Position numbers and translations under genes: made by a program. DNA of 64,000 bases, taken from positions 1,356,981-1,420,980 of the forward strand of contig NW_003314301.1 in assembly GCF_000143415.4 (NCBI RefSeq), written 5' to 3'. Positions 22,301 through 35,088 of this stretch are shown here, piece by piece. The stretch comes from Selaginella moellendorffii (Eukaryota; Plantae; Lycopodiophyta). Positions within the stretch are counted from its first letter, which is position 1. Each line of letters opens with the position of its first letter. Below the pieces are notes generated by a model, which was not told the origin of the DNA, ran no database searches, and was given only the letters and a program-made list of their open reading frames with translations.

Positions 22301-25300
22301 CACTTTTCCACTCACCTTCATAAAACCTAATCACAAACTCATATCATCAAGTTATATACTTGTCTAACAGAAAAATAACACTCCACTTACAACATATAAG
22401 AACATGGATAAGTATGGACAAAATGACTACTCAAATTTAATTCAATTGCAATAAGCTCACTAACATATCTAGTCAATAGTGCTAAGCATAAATGAAGACA
22501 CTAGTTAGACATGATTAACACTCAGTCAAAACTAAAGTGAAGATTATAAGATGGACTCATATCACAACCTTCTAATATACAAGACTATTGTATGGGTACT
22601 AACATCTCAACTATAAACAACTAAGTTAAACATTATTATCCTCAGTCAAGGCATAATGCCACTAAAACCAAATAAAGATCAATGAAAGTTCATTAGTTCA
22701 TAGAGTTTAACATAATGCAAGGTGCAACTTGTCACCAAGAATAACACAAAAAATAAAAGGCATAAAAGTCACTTTTCTAGAAAAGTGTAACAACCATTTT
22801 TTTACATTAACTTTAGACTTTATCCAACTCAATTGCCTTAACATTAAAAGTTAGCATCCATTTTGGGCTATATCATATAAACTACCTACTAATATTTAAA
22901 CTAACTAAAGTCAAATTCTACACTAGTTTGTAATTGCTCAGGAAAATAGAATAGTTTTTGATTAATAGTTCAACCATTAGAAATGTCTAATAAAAATTGT
23001 AGAAAATTTTCCATCTTAGAAAAAGAATATCTCAATCTAATAATGCAAACTCTTAAGACTCAATCAATTTTCTCTTACATACAACTTCACAAATGTTCAT
23101 TTCAAAATAAATTCTCATGATTTAATAATATGCTTAAATATTGAACATCATGCCTATATAATTGACATCCAACAATAATAACCACAAATGCCAATGAATT
23201 CCTAAACTTAATCATAAACACCGCATCTATAGATATCTATATTACATTTACACTTTTTTTACTGATCTTCAAAATTCAGTATAAAGCTAAAAACACTAAT
23301 AAAAAAATGACATGAAAAATACAGCTCTAAGTAAAAGTCCTCATCACTCAACATAACAATGCCACTCCCATTAACACTAATTTCTAGTAATGTCAATGCC
23401 TTGATTACACACTTTCTCCATCCAATGATCTACTCCAAGTGATAATGAATCTACCAACAAATTAAAGTAGATAAATGTTATAACCTTTTTAAAATTTAAA
23501 TGGGCAAATTTTCAAAGAACCATTTAGCATAAAATAAATCACTCTTGAGAATTCAGTCAAAGCTACTATAACGTTACTTTGTGTAAGTAAATTAGCTTCA
23601 CCATTAACCACTTTAGGGTTAATCATTTATTAATCAAACAACTTTGTAAATACATTGCTCACGATCATATAAATATGATAAAGTAATCACAATGACTTGA
23701 GTGGGCATTTGATATTTGTATAAGCATTTATAATAGTGACATAAGCGTTACTTGTGATATTGTTTGATTGGTGATCACATTTAATTTGACAAAATACAAT
23801 ATAAATGCCACACTTTGCCAATAGAGATTTATAACACTTAACACCACTAACTTTGTTCACAATATAGACAAATTTATGCCACTATTTTTCAGACCAAACT
23901 CAAAATTAATCTAATATTAAGTTACTCAAGGAGCAATAGTAAAATTCCCTACAAAAGAATTGAGCATTGCAATTCAAGCCTTCAAATAACAAGCCTAGAC
24001 AAAATGGTTTAATGGTTCTCTACTATCTATCCCATAACTCACCACTTATAATACTATCATAATTAACATGCATCAAAGTAGAGAATCTTGATTGCGTGAT
24101 GTGAATATGAGCAATGAGATCACATCTCATTGCCAAATCATTTCTCCAAAAAAGAAAAAATGATTTACATATTTAATCTATCATCCTTGATTACTCTCTT
24201 TTCAGACTCAACTTTGACTGAACCTCAAGTTTGCATTTACACTACCTTCAGTCCAATCCAAAAAAATTGTATAAGAGAGCACAACAATGAATAGTTAAAC
24301 CAATAGACTAATCCTTATAATCTTAATTGATTCACTCATCATCATGCCTAAGAAGGCTAGTGTTGTGTTAAACAACCACGGATTAACATATATGCCATTT
24401 ATAGTAAACCTAAGGAAGGTTTATTTTTACCCACGGTAACATAGAATAATTTATGGTACTTACTAATAAGCTAACATTAATCCCACCAACTCAAAATGTA
24501 ATCTTAAGTTGCTAATGTGCACTTATGAGCCCAAATGAAAACTCATGTGAATGGAATATCTCAAAACCATCTTATGAACCTAAGCAAAAGCTCATACAAT
24601 ATAGTATGAAATAGTAACAAAAATTTATACCCATGGAATGCATGTAAAGTTATAGCAACCAAATATATACCTACTTAAACCATGGTTTTCATTTTTGCAT
24701 ATACAATGAGACTAATCAACTAACCTCATTGGATAGTACTTGTTGAAATAATATCCTTTTATACTAAATGTAATGTATGTGGTTTTCACCTTTTACCCTA
24801 TAGTTATTTTCTTGTAATTTTACCCAACATTGAATATTATGCCCATATAACTGATATCCAAGACCGACTTTTGCAAATGCTAATGAATACCAAAAAAATT
24901 TGATTGCAAAGACTACATCTTCAGATATTTATATTGTATAAACACTTTTTTCAATCATCTTCAAAATCAAATATAAAGTTAAAAAAATTACTAAGCTTAA
25001 TATTGCAAGGTTCCCAATATTAGCAAGTGCAAGTTAACAACATAAATTTTTCATCATCATATCAAGTATGTTTGACTAAATGATAATTTAGGATTTCCTT
25101 CCTTAATGCCCTTGCAGTCTAAATATAGATATAATGATCAATTAGTTTGGGTGGAAATCGATAAAGGGTTTAGCAATATTAACCTTCTACCAAGGGAAAA
25201 ATATCCAAAAAGATTTATTGATAGATAGCTTTCGATATTTATAATCACATTCACAACAGAATATTAAATTGCATAACTAACTCAAATGGCCCTTGATGAA

Positions 25301-25800
25301 AATGATATAATTATTAAAGTTATCATTATAATTGTTTGGGAGAAGGCTCCAATCTACATAAATTTTTGCGGTTAAACCATTATACTTCATCCCAAAAATG
25401 ATAAGTGGCAATCACTACAAAGTGATAGAACCAAATCATATATATCATCCCCAAGATTCCCATAGAAAAAATTCAATCAAACATAAGGATTAGTAATAAA
25501 AACAAAAGGAACTACACCATATACATGAATGCCACCATTAATTAAGTTTGATTGATCAGTCACATAACATTGAGCAATTACACTAATTATTACTCTAGAG
25601 CTAGAGGATGAGGAAGTTGTTGCAAAGGAGGAATATGTTATTTTGCTATAAAGATTGAACCAAAGGAAAAATTGAAAAGCAAAAGAGAAGAAATAAAAAG
25701 TTGTTGAAACACATCATATAAAAGCTAAATATAAACAAAAAAATACACAAATCTAAACACTCTTCAGGGAACAATTAAAACTGCTCCTCATTGAAAAGCA
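19334..25800 (+). mobile_element. Highly decayed LINE-like tract (possibly two tandem copies)
   Basis: AT-rich, A/C-skewed, CpG-poor. Relic motifs: WTH...DYCM (~22550-22595, endonuclease-like) and FPTKELSIAIQ..NK.P.QNGL (~23945-24015, RT-proximal). ~19675-19850 resembles ~25085-25255. Confidence 0.4.
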
Positions 25801-25899
25801 CCATTTTTTGGAGTAGAAATATTCACACTGAGTACGTTATGATGTCTGCATGATCATGAGCAGATGATCTGTGGCAATGCGCTGGGGAAAGGTCACAAT

Positions 25900-26940
25900 C
25901 CACGGCGAGGAGGGAAACGAAAGTCACGACGTTTGGTTTCAGGCATTACAACTTGTGGAACTGGGAGAACACGAGCTCGCGGCTGTAACCTACTAGCAGT
26001 GCGTTCCAGCACACGAAATCCGGTCTAGATACCTGGTGAGCTTCGGTCTTGCCATTAAGTCCACCAGAGATTTTGCGCCGTAACTCGTGACCGTAGCGGC
26101 AGATTTCTCCCTCAAATTGCTGTCCACTTTGCAGCGCTGACAGATTCGCAGAAGCCTTGAGAGCAGCCACAAAATTTCCAGAGTTTGGAGAACATACCCC
26201 ATCATCAAAGTGTTCCAGGAAGTCATGGTGCGAAGAACCATGCGGTTGAAAGTTCTTCTAGCGCCCCACCACCGCCGCGTTCAGCACAACGAGGTCCAAG
26301 TCAACACCGAATGGCAGCTTGACCTTACCATGAATTTGACAAGTGGCGAGCAGCCTTCCCACCGCTTCCATTCGAGAGAAAAATCTCCAATGCCAGTCTT
26401 TCCTCGCGATTCTCAGCGTACCCGAGAATCAAAGACGTCCAAGAGACGACCGTGTGGAGCTCCATCCTGTCGAAAACCATTCGAGCATCAGTCAAGCTCC
26501 CACACTTGGCATAAGTTTCTACCAGACCATTTTGGACGAAGCTACGGACGACAGGCTCCTCGTTGAGAGCCATGGAATGAATCGCCATTGTCTTCTCCAA
26601 AGCCCCTAAACTCTTTTCGTTCCCTTTCTCTGCGAGATTTCCAGAAGCCTTGAGTACGATCGGCCTAGGCTTGCATCGCCGAGAAGAGCTCGAAAACGAT
26701 GCCGCCTTCGCTGCTCTCGGAGCAGCCGCTGTGACTGGGCATCCTGGCGCGCATCCGTGAGGCTGCGGCTCCATACAGCTAGAATTCCCCGGATCGCCGC
26801 GCTCGATCGCCGCGGCGTCGACAAGCTTGCTGATCTCTCGACCTGCCGCATTGCTTCAATGCAGCCAAGCAGCTGCCGATCCAAGCGCTCGCCATGATCC
26901 AGGCGTGCCAGATCGAAGCTCATCGTTGTCGCGTCAGAAA
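25900..26940 (-). pseudogene. Internally deleted copy of the PPR gene
   Basis: LKASGNLAEK...SFVQNGLVETYAKCGSLTDARMVFDRMELHTVVSW and LKASANLSALQSG are near-identical to the 1791 ORF; ~2.5 kb is collapsed to ~1 kb. Confidence 0.9.
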
Positions 26941-27008
26941 GAGGGAAATATTTCTATCTAGTAAAGAACCCTAAGAAGAGATTTTAGGGTTTTGCGAGAG
27001 GGAGAGAG

Positions 27009-28321
27009 ATGGGCGACAGTCAGTACTCGCTTACTACTTTCAGGTAAATCGATCGCCTCGCCCTAGCTGCCGCTGAGCTGATCTTGTTGCACGCTTGCCA
27101 GTCCATCGGGGAAGCTCGTCCAGATCGAGCATGCTCTCACAGCCGTGGCCGCCGGGCAGACCTCGCTCGGGATCAGAGGTAATTTCTCTCTTTCCTGGTT
27201 CTATGATCTCTTCCCTTGTTGTGGCATTCGCAGTCCGGAATGGAGTTGTCATTGCGACCGAGAAAAAACTTCCATCGATTCTTGTCGATGAAACATCTGT
27301 AAGTTTCCAATTTTTTTCTCCTCCTTTTCTTTTTCTTTTGGGGCGAATCTTACTCTTTTTTTTTGTGCTGGTTTCTTAGATCCAAAAGGTCCAGAATGTG
27401 ACTAGCAATATCGGCAGCGTATACAGGTTTCCCGTTTTGTTCTTGCTTAGCTTTGTTTTTTGTCATTCTGGTCGAAGTTCTTAGTAAATCTTATTCTTGT
27501 CAGTGGCATGGGTCCGGATTCACGGGTGCTCATGCGTAAGAGCCAGAAGCAAGCATTGCAATACTTCCGTCTTTACAAGGTAGGGAGACCGTATTACGTT
27601 TGTCGCACGGTAATCCTACCAAGTCTTGCAATACAGGAACACATTCCTGTCTCCCAACTGGTCAGAGAAATCGCGGCTGTCATGCAGGAATTCACGCAGT
27701 CGGGGTATGTTCGCATCTTCTTTTTCTGCTGGTCATTTCGGCTTGATATTTAAACTACAGTGGTGTACGTCCATTTGGAGTGTCGTTGCTTGTCGCCGGC
27801 TTCGATGACGAAGGTCCGCATTTATATCAGGTATTGTAATGTTATTGGCTCGCGCGGGCACCTGTAATAGTGTCACTATTCAGGTCGATCCGTCAGGTTC
27901 ATACTTTTCATGGAAAGCATCCGCGATAGGCAAAAATGCTTCCAACGCCAAGACCTTCCTGGAAAAGAGGTTTCCGACTTGTTTACTAGTTGTGTCCGAC
28001 ACACTCTCATGCTTTTTTTCTCTACAGGTACACGGACGACCTGGAACTGGAAGATGCAGTCCACACGGCAATCCTGACTTTGAAAGAAGGGTGCGACCTT
28101 TCTCCCGCGACTGCTTTTCTTTCCCAAGGGATAACGTTTTTCGGTTTTATCAGTTTCGAGGGGCAAATTTCCGGGAAGAATATCGAGATTGGCATCGTGG
28201 GGTCGGACCAAAAGTTCAGGTATCTTGTCCATTATCGCTGCAACTTGATGGCAAACGGAGAAAGCCTTGCAGAGCCCTCACGCCCGCTGAGATTGACGAC
28301 TATTTGGCGGAAGTAGAGTAA
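27009..28321 (+). CDS. PAB1: 20S proteasome subunit alpha type-2 (multi-exon)
   Basis: [24 protein letters not shown]...GVVIATEKK...[10 protein letters not shown]...[17 protein letters not shown]...[14 protein letters not shown]...[10 protein letters not shown]. Confidence 0.93.
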
Positions 28322-30217
28322 TTGGATCGAGAATCGGGACTGTTTTAAGCCCTCTGTTCAAGGTACTTATTGTGGAAACACTCATGCTGGCCGGTGAGAA
28401 GTTCTTGCATCTTTTTGTCTGTCAGTTGCATGCTCTTTTACCTCATCTTCTTCTTGAGAATATTTGTGGCTTCATGCCATGCTGATCCCAAGAACACAAA
28501 GTGACTAGATAACATTATCTGTTGGCATCCGTGTCATGATGCATTCATTCGCGTTTCTGCGTGGCGAAACATCCGTTCTATTCTCAATCATGAGCGCTGC
28601 TGGTTTTATTGTTTCCTTGGCGATTGCGAGATCAGGGGCTTTATGTTGTTTAGCGATTTCTATCGTTTTCAAGTCGAGAGTCCGGTCCCTCGGGGTGTGG
28701 CTGGGCTTTCGTCAGCTCTTTGGCTGACGTATGATTGAGAGATGGACACCTGTGTGTGCTTGCTTTTCCCCCTGTTTGTTCTTCTCGAACGCGAACTTAA
28801 ACTTTGACGTGATTCATCCAGTGAACGAAGAACAGCAATGATATTTTCCGAATAGTACTCAAGATGTCACTTTTTGCTTTGGAACACTGCATCTATTATC
28901 TATCTGGGTGGCATTTTGGAGCTGTTTTGCTGTTGCTTTGAGACGAGCTTGTGTGTGAATCTGTATTTTTGTGGCCTGGCTGAATCATCTCTCTCGAACA
29001 TCTCTCTCTTTCTCATTCCTCAATCATCCGCATTTCGGGTTCCAGAGATCGCGATTGCAATATCGAGCTTTTTGTGTATTTTACTCTCAGTGGACGCCCC
29101 GGGCTTGGGTTCTATCCATTTTTTTTCTCTTTTCTCGTTGCTTACTCAGCGTTGTCATTCCAGGAATTCTCCCCCTCTCCTTTTTTTTCTCATAGTTATC
29201 TCTTTCTCTACTTTTTTTTTTCTTGTTCTTGGTCCTCCTAATCAAAGTGTGAGTGGGGGACCCTTAACTTTGATTTGTGCTTTTGCATTGCAAGAACAGC
29301 AAGAAGTCCCTTTCTCGGTTAACGCTGATGGATCCAAATCTTTTCCGATCGACGCACAAATCTAAGCACGAAATCGACGTTTCTAAGTGCACGTCTTTAT
29401 ATTTCCTATAGTCTATAGTCGCTCATTGTTGACAAGTTCCACCTCCTTGTTTGATGGTCTAATTGCTTTGGTGGCGCGCGCTTTTGGCGTGCTTAAGCCT
29501 TAAGCTGGGCCAGCTCCCTGACAAGCATACAAAGGTGGCATATTTCTATTAGATTTTTGTGTCGTTGCGTGTGGCCTAATCGTTCTCAGACACATAAATT
29601 GGTCGGCGAAAATTCACATGTGCCTGAAATATAGCGGCTATAGATGTTGAAAATACGGCATAGATTCGCCAAGCGAGAAAATAACTATTTTCTAAAGGTT
29701 TCAAGGGCTCGATTTAATTTGCTCAAAGCATAACATGCCGCGGGTGGCCACCTGGCCTCCCAAAAGACCAACAAGAAGCATCCGTACGTGCAGCCTGGAC
29801 CGTCGGCTCTTAGGCGATCTTGACCGCTGGATGGGATGCGATCCGGGCCGTTGCCTGCGCGAAGGGGGAAAGAAGGTCCGAAAGAATGGGCAAAGGTGAG
29901 AAAATTTTTCGTGTAGAGTTCATCATTAATATTCCCAAGCCTTGTGAAGGGATGACCATCCATCAATCAAACTGAAAGAGAAGAAAATAAGAGCAAAGAT
30001 AAAAAGCAATAGAAGTGATAGATTATTCGATTTGATATGCAAATTCATCACCAAAAGAAAAAATCAATCACAGTAAACTTTGCGTCTTTATGTAAAATTT
30101 TAGCTATTTACACTTGCGATCAAGCTCGAGAAGAGCTTGGACGTGAAAATTTTCACCCGGTCAAAAAAAGGAGAAAAAAAGAAGTTACAAAAAAAGAAGG
30201 AAGTTTCTCTTTTCTCC

Positions 30218-30856
30218 TTATGTTGTCGCCTGCTTGAGTGATCTCTTGTTCTTGGCGTTTTTGGACATCCATCGGTACTTTAACTTCAAAACCTTGTCGA
30301 TGCATTTGTGAATCGCGACGAGCTGGTGATGATCTTTCTTCGGGGGCTGTGATTCACATCCAGTGGCAGCGACATTTTGCTCTAGAGCAGGCTGGATCGT
30401 GCGAGAATTCATCGAATTCACTGCAAGAACAGAACACCAAAAACAGAGTGAGCAAAGCCGAATGACTATATAATCCGAGAATCCAGGCACTTGGGCTGGC
30501 ATCTCACCTGGAGAAATCGATGGCGATGGCGATTTTTTCTTGCTGGATCGCGGTCCCAGGCCGAATGCGATTCCGCTTTTGCTACGGTAGCACTTGAGCT
30601 CCACTGCCTGCGCGTGCTGGAAGAGATTGTCGCGGCAAACCGACGCGTTCTTCTCCAAGTTCCCGATGATCACAGTGGCTTCTTTGCTGAGGCGCGCGAT
30701 CGCCGAATCCACTTCCATTCCAATGTGCTCCACCATGCGGTCCACTTTGTTGCTAATCTTCTCCAGTGTGGAGATCGTTCTCGCCACCAGATAGAGCACT
30801 GCGACCGTCGTGATCCCAAACCACACGAGATCCATCTGCGTCGTCTCAATCTTCAT
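30218..30856 (-). CDS. Unknown single-TM plus coiled-coil protein (3' structure uncertain)
   Basis: ATG at 30856 in gccATG context; TM segment LVWFGITTVAVLYLV followed by a heptad-like region; likely intron ~30425-30507. Confidence 0.5.
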   Translation of the reverse strand: MKIETTQMDLVWFGITTVAVLYLVARTISTLEKISNKVDRMVEHIGMEVDSAIARLSKEATVIIGNLEKNASVCRDNLFQHAQAVELKCYRSKSGIAFGLGPRSSKKKSPSPSISPGEMPAQVPGFSDYIVIRLCSLCFWCSVLAVNSMNSRTIQPALEQNVAATGCESQPPKKDHHQLVAIHKCIDKVLKLKYRWMSKNAKNKRSLKQATT

Positions 30857-31462
30857 GGCAGCTGATGTGATGATCCAATCCAAAAACTTCTCGCCCGAAG
30901 AAATTCGCTCAAAGGCTTTGCTTGATTCAAGAAGAATCTCTCTCGACTCTCTCTCGACTCTCTCTCGACTCGCGTGATTTGGGAAATCTTCTCTCTTTTT
31001 TTCTTCTTTCCTTTCTTTGGGAATCTTTCTTGAAGAGAGCTCAATAACCACTGAGTCGTTTATATACTCGACCAAATGGGGTCCCATTCAAAAGCCAAAA
31101 AAACATAGAAGAAAACGAAATAGAAATAGTTAACTTAGCTTTAAGCTTTGCTTTTCTCGATCTAATGTAGATTAAGATCCCGTTACTCCTTTGTGATTTT
31201 GCTCTCCAGCTCCATAAAGTAGCCATTGTTCCAATTCACAGCCGTGGTAATTCCTTAGAGTAATACGAGGACTAACCTGGAGCATTGACTACCGTTGAAT
31301 AACGAAATTTTATCTTTTGACCAGCCATTCACCTAGAGACTCGTGGTCAAAATCACTGTGGTAATGCCGGCCTGAATAATTTATCTTAGGAGCACGAGAA
31401 GTATATTCTAAGAGAACATTCAAGGCATATTCTAGGGCTAGGGTTTTTGGAGCTCGCGAGCA

Positions 31463-31895
31463 ATGGGGGGCGATCCATCGCATGGCGCGGCTTCTTCTTC
31501 GGGGCATCATCCACCGCAGGGGCACAAGGGATGGCCGGAGCACTGGCCCAAGGATTACTCGGGATGGAACGACGACATCTGGACGCCATTCGGCGGCCCC
31601 TACTGCAATCCCAGGAATTGGCGCCGCAACACCGCGCTCACGCTGCTAGGGATCTTCCTGATTTGCATCCCAATCGCCCGGCTCTCGGCGCGCCTCGAGG
31701 TAATCCATCCTACATTCTCTCCTCTCCAGATTTTCGCGATCGACCCTGATCGATGGGCTGGTTTTGATCGATGTGGAACAGCAACGCCCAGTGCCGCCGC
31801 ATTTCCCGATTCCCTCGCAGCTCTGGTGCAAGAATTTCGGGCCGCCGTTGGATCAAGACGAGGAGGACGAGGACAGCAAGATCAGGCTCTCGTAG
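31463..31895 (+). CDS. Small mitochondrial complex I accessory subunit-like protein (At4g00585/NUUM-like), 2 exons
   Basis: IWTPFGGPYCNPRNWRRNTA-TM-SARLE|QRPVPPHFPIPSQLWCKNF; intron 31700-31781. Confidence 0.75.
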
Positions 31896-32030
31896 AGCAG
31901 TGGTGGAAGCCAATAAGTTTTTCCATGTAGCCACGTGGACGGCTGAGATTTGGAACTTCTCAAACGAAGCGCGTAGATTAGGAGTTCCGGGATATTCTCG
32001 AAAGCTCCAGAAACCCTAAAGTTCTTGACG

Positions 32031-32887
32031 ATGAATCTCAAGCGCAAGGGGCCAGACGATGGCGATCCCAGCGCAGCTCTCTACGGGCTGCTCCCCAGCA
32101 AGAAGCTGCGACAGGTATGGATTGATCGCCTCGCGCTGATAATGCGGTGAAATTCTCTCGGTTCTTGACGCGATGGGGCGGGATTTCGCAGGAATCGGAG
32201 GATTTTTTGCCCGATTTCTCCCGGAACGGGCCCGTTGCGATCCCCGAGGTCTGTCCCGTAGAGATCCCCAGCGATACACCAGTGGACTCTACACCTATTT
32301 CTTTGATCGTTACAGAGCCCGATGCTGATGACAGAGCTTTAGTCTTGTACAGGCCCATGGATCTTCCCGATCGCTCCAAGCCTCGGCTTAGACAAGTGAA
32401 TGGATCCTTTCCACGCCACTACAGAGGTATGTTTCCTCTGAAACTTTCGTGAGCAAAAAAGAGAGAAAAAAAAACGATTTTGCTTGGTTTGTTTCACTTC
32501 TTTCATCCAGATTTCCAAGTCTCCGATGCTGTGGAGTGGTTTTCTCCATCCAAATCGTTCAAGCACGATTTCGCATTGTCGAGTGGAATGGGTATGAACA
32601 ACAGCTTGGCGGTGATTCCCTACGTCGCGCCTCCAAGTTTCCGGGACGGTGGGCGAGTGATCATCGAAGATATCACCGACCAAGTTCGCCAGGAGGAGGA
32701 AGACCAAGCGAAAGAACAAGCCATGGCTATGGAGGAAGAGGCGACGCCCATGGACGAAGAGATGGCGGATGCTACAGTGGACGAAGCTCCTCCCCAGTTC
32801 ATCGTCCAGCAGCCGTGCGAGGTTCCATCGTGGCACCTGTTTGATCCAAACTTTGCTACTCCAGTTATGTGGTCTAGCGGATCCTAA
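32031..32887 (+). CDS. Uncharacterised plant protein (3 exons)
   Basis: MNLKRKG...SKKLR NLS-like start, DRALVLYRP, LAVIPY and C-terminal TPVMWS; canonical splice sites; telobox upstream. Confidence 0.65.
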
Positions 32888-33009
32888 TTGGAAGTGTCAC
32901 GTAGTTTTCTTTCTTCTTGATAGAGCTAGCTAGCCGTAGGCGTTAAAAGTTTTAAATCGTGAGGAGCTATCGTCTTATTAGGGTCTTAAAGAGGGATGCT
33001 AAAGCTGCG

Positions 33010-34047
33010 ATGGCGGCGATAGCACATCTTGCGAGGGATTCCGATGGAGACGATCGAAATGCGTGCGTCGATCCGAGAGATGTCGAGCAGGTGTTGCTGG
33101 CAGCGGCGGAGACGATCGCATCGTGCATGCAAGCAGCGGCCGAAATATCGGAGCTTGAATCGGCTGGAGATGCTCCAGCCAGGGTTTCTCCAGCCTCCAG
33201 TCCGCCGGAATCTCGGATTATTTCTTCTTCAGAGGGAAAGATCGATTCTTTGGTTCCGATTAGCCACCGGTCGAGCAAGAATCGCGACGCTAGCACCGAT
33301 TTATCTCGATCGGCGGAGCAAGATGGGCGTTCTTCCAGAAAAGCCCAGGCAAGGATCATCCAAACAAGCCGCGAGGGGCATCCAAGCAAGCGCCTTCGAT
33401 CTTCTTCTTCTCCATCCGGTGTCAGTTGCAACGACGACGCAAAGAAATCGAAGCAGCAGCGAGTGTCAGTGTTTGAGAGGCTCGCGTTTCCACCAGTCCA
33501 GGAAGGCAATGGCGATCCTTTTCTCGAGCCCGGGGCACTGGAAGGGATGATCTTTGGATGCACAACGGAGACCAAGCGCGAGTGTGAGCGGCGAAAGCTT
33601 TTTGGGCTCCCGGCGTCAAATCAAGCCAACGTTCTACGCGTCGCTCCAGGTACTGTGCTCTTTCTTTTTAATTACGACACGAAGGAACTCTCGGGAGTGT
33701 ACGAGGCCGTTTCGCACGGGGCCATGAACATCGTCGCCGATGCTTTCGAGGAATGGGGATCGTTTCCAGCACAGGTTCACGAGATTTTCGTTTCCTTTTC
33801 GTTTCACCGATTCCAAATTTTTCTTCTTTGATCCAAGGTGGAAGTTCGCCGAGTTCTCAAATGCCAAGAGCTTCCCTTCAGTCATTTCAAGCGTGCAATC
33901 CTGGAGAACTTCTTCACGGACAAAAAGTTTCACTATGATCTCACGGGCTACCAGGTTCGCTCTACTTACGTTGCCATTGTTTTGTTGTCCTATTATTTTG
34001 AATAGGTGGATTCTCTGGTGGAAATGTTTAGAGCGGTTCTGCTATAG
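33010..34047 (+). CDS. DCD (development and cell death) domain protein
   Basis: GMIFGCTTETKREC..RKLFGLP...PGTVLFLFNY..KELSGVYEA.S.G.MNI...AF...FPAQ|V; two further short exons end at TAG 34047. Confidence 0.85.
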
Positions 34048-34088
34048 TGTAAGTAATCGCTTCTTCTTTACATAGACAATAATGAACT

Positions 34089-34919
34089 TCATATAGGTGG
34101 CGGCTTCACGTCGGCCAAGCTCGCGGCAATGGCTGCAGCCAGCTCTGATTCATCAACTTCCACATCGTCCTCTCTCGTCGGAATCGTCGTCGTCGTCGTC
34201 GTCTTCGTCCCATCCGGCTCGTCAAGATCTTTCAAGCTAGCTTTGATGGCGGCCTCCAGCATCGGATCCGACTCCTCCGCGGCGGCCTTCTGGCTCTCCT
34301 GACTGGCGGCCAGCTCGAGCGCCTGCTGGGCTTCCTGGGGAGTGAACCATCGTCCAAAACTCCCATCATCCGGGGAAGAAGCTCCGGCCGCATTGAAGTC
34401 CCGGGGGAGCTCGCCCTGCACGGCGAAGATGCTCCATCCCTCGTTCTTGAGCGAGTCGAGGAAGGCCGAGGCGTAGAAGCTGGAGAGGTGCTGGGGAGCC
34501 GGCAAGAGGCTGTTGAAGTTGTACCACTGGGCTCCAATCCGGCGGAGCGCGAACCAGTGATCGTGGAGGTTGCAGATGTAAGCGGCGATCTCGGTGGTGG
34601 CGGTGGCGAGTTCGGGGGAAGTGAGAGGGAGGCACTTGAGATCGAGCGCGGCGAGCGCGCGCTGGAGGACCTGGATGCTGAAGTTGCCGTCGAGGGCAAC
34701 GTTGGAGGAGGCCTCGGAGACGAAGCGGAGGTAGTCGGGGGAGTGGGCGTCGCCGCCGCCGCTCTCGAGCATCACGTCGCGCTCGCTCTGGTCGAGGTCG
34801 CGCGCGATGGCCGCCAGCTCCAGCTCCGAGAAGTAGGGGCCCTGGAGCACCGCATTGAGGCAGTGCACGGCGCACAGCTTGGATTCCTGCGTCTCGTGAT
34901 AGAGCAGCGGGCTCGCCAT
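34089..34919 (-). CDS. Ataxin-3 homolog (Josephin deubiquitinase with UIMs), intronless
   Basis: YHETQESKLCAVHCLN, GNFSIQVL, HWFALR, NFNS (C-H-N triad); UIMs LEAAIKASL and LAAAIAASL. Confidence 0.93.
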   Translation of the reverse strand: MASPLLYHETQESKLCAVHCLNAVLQGPYFSELELAAIARDLDQSERDVMLESGGGDAHSPDYLRFVSEASSNVALDGNFSIQVLQRALAALDLKCLPLTSPELATATTEIAAYICNLHDHWFALRRIGAQWYNFNSLLPAPQHLSSFYASAFLDSLKNEGWSIFAVQGELPRDFNAAGASSPDDGSFGRWFTPQEAQQALELAASQESQKAAAEESDPMLEAAIKASLKDLDEPDGTKTTTTTTIPTREDDVEVDESELAAAIAASLADVKPPPI

Positions 34920-35088
34920 AGCTTCACTAAGCCCTAACCCTAATCGAATATAAGGGTATCTTTAGTTTCCACGCTTTCTACGTGTCTCGCTCTGGTTGTT
35001 ACATGTGGCAAATTAAGAGCCGTTCATTGCTTTGAGTGCGTGGCGGGCTTTAGGGCATTTGTTGATTATGCGTTGTGGAGCTCGATCC

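Noticed and set aside
19675-25255. LTR pair bounding a 5.4-kb element
   Set aside because: No TG..CA ends, PBS, PPT or TSD; better explained as repeated LINE 3' regions, itself low confidence.
28530-29400. Hydrophobic ORFs or a possible miRNA locus
   Set aside because: T-rich low-complexity sequence; no hairpin or known miRNA recognised.
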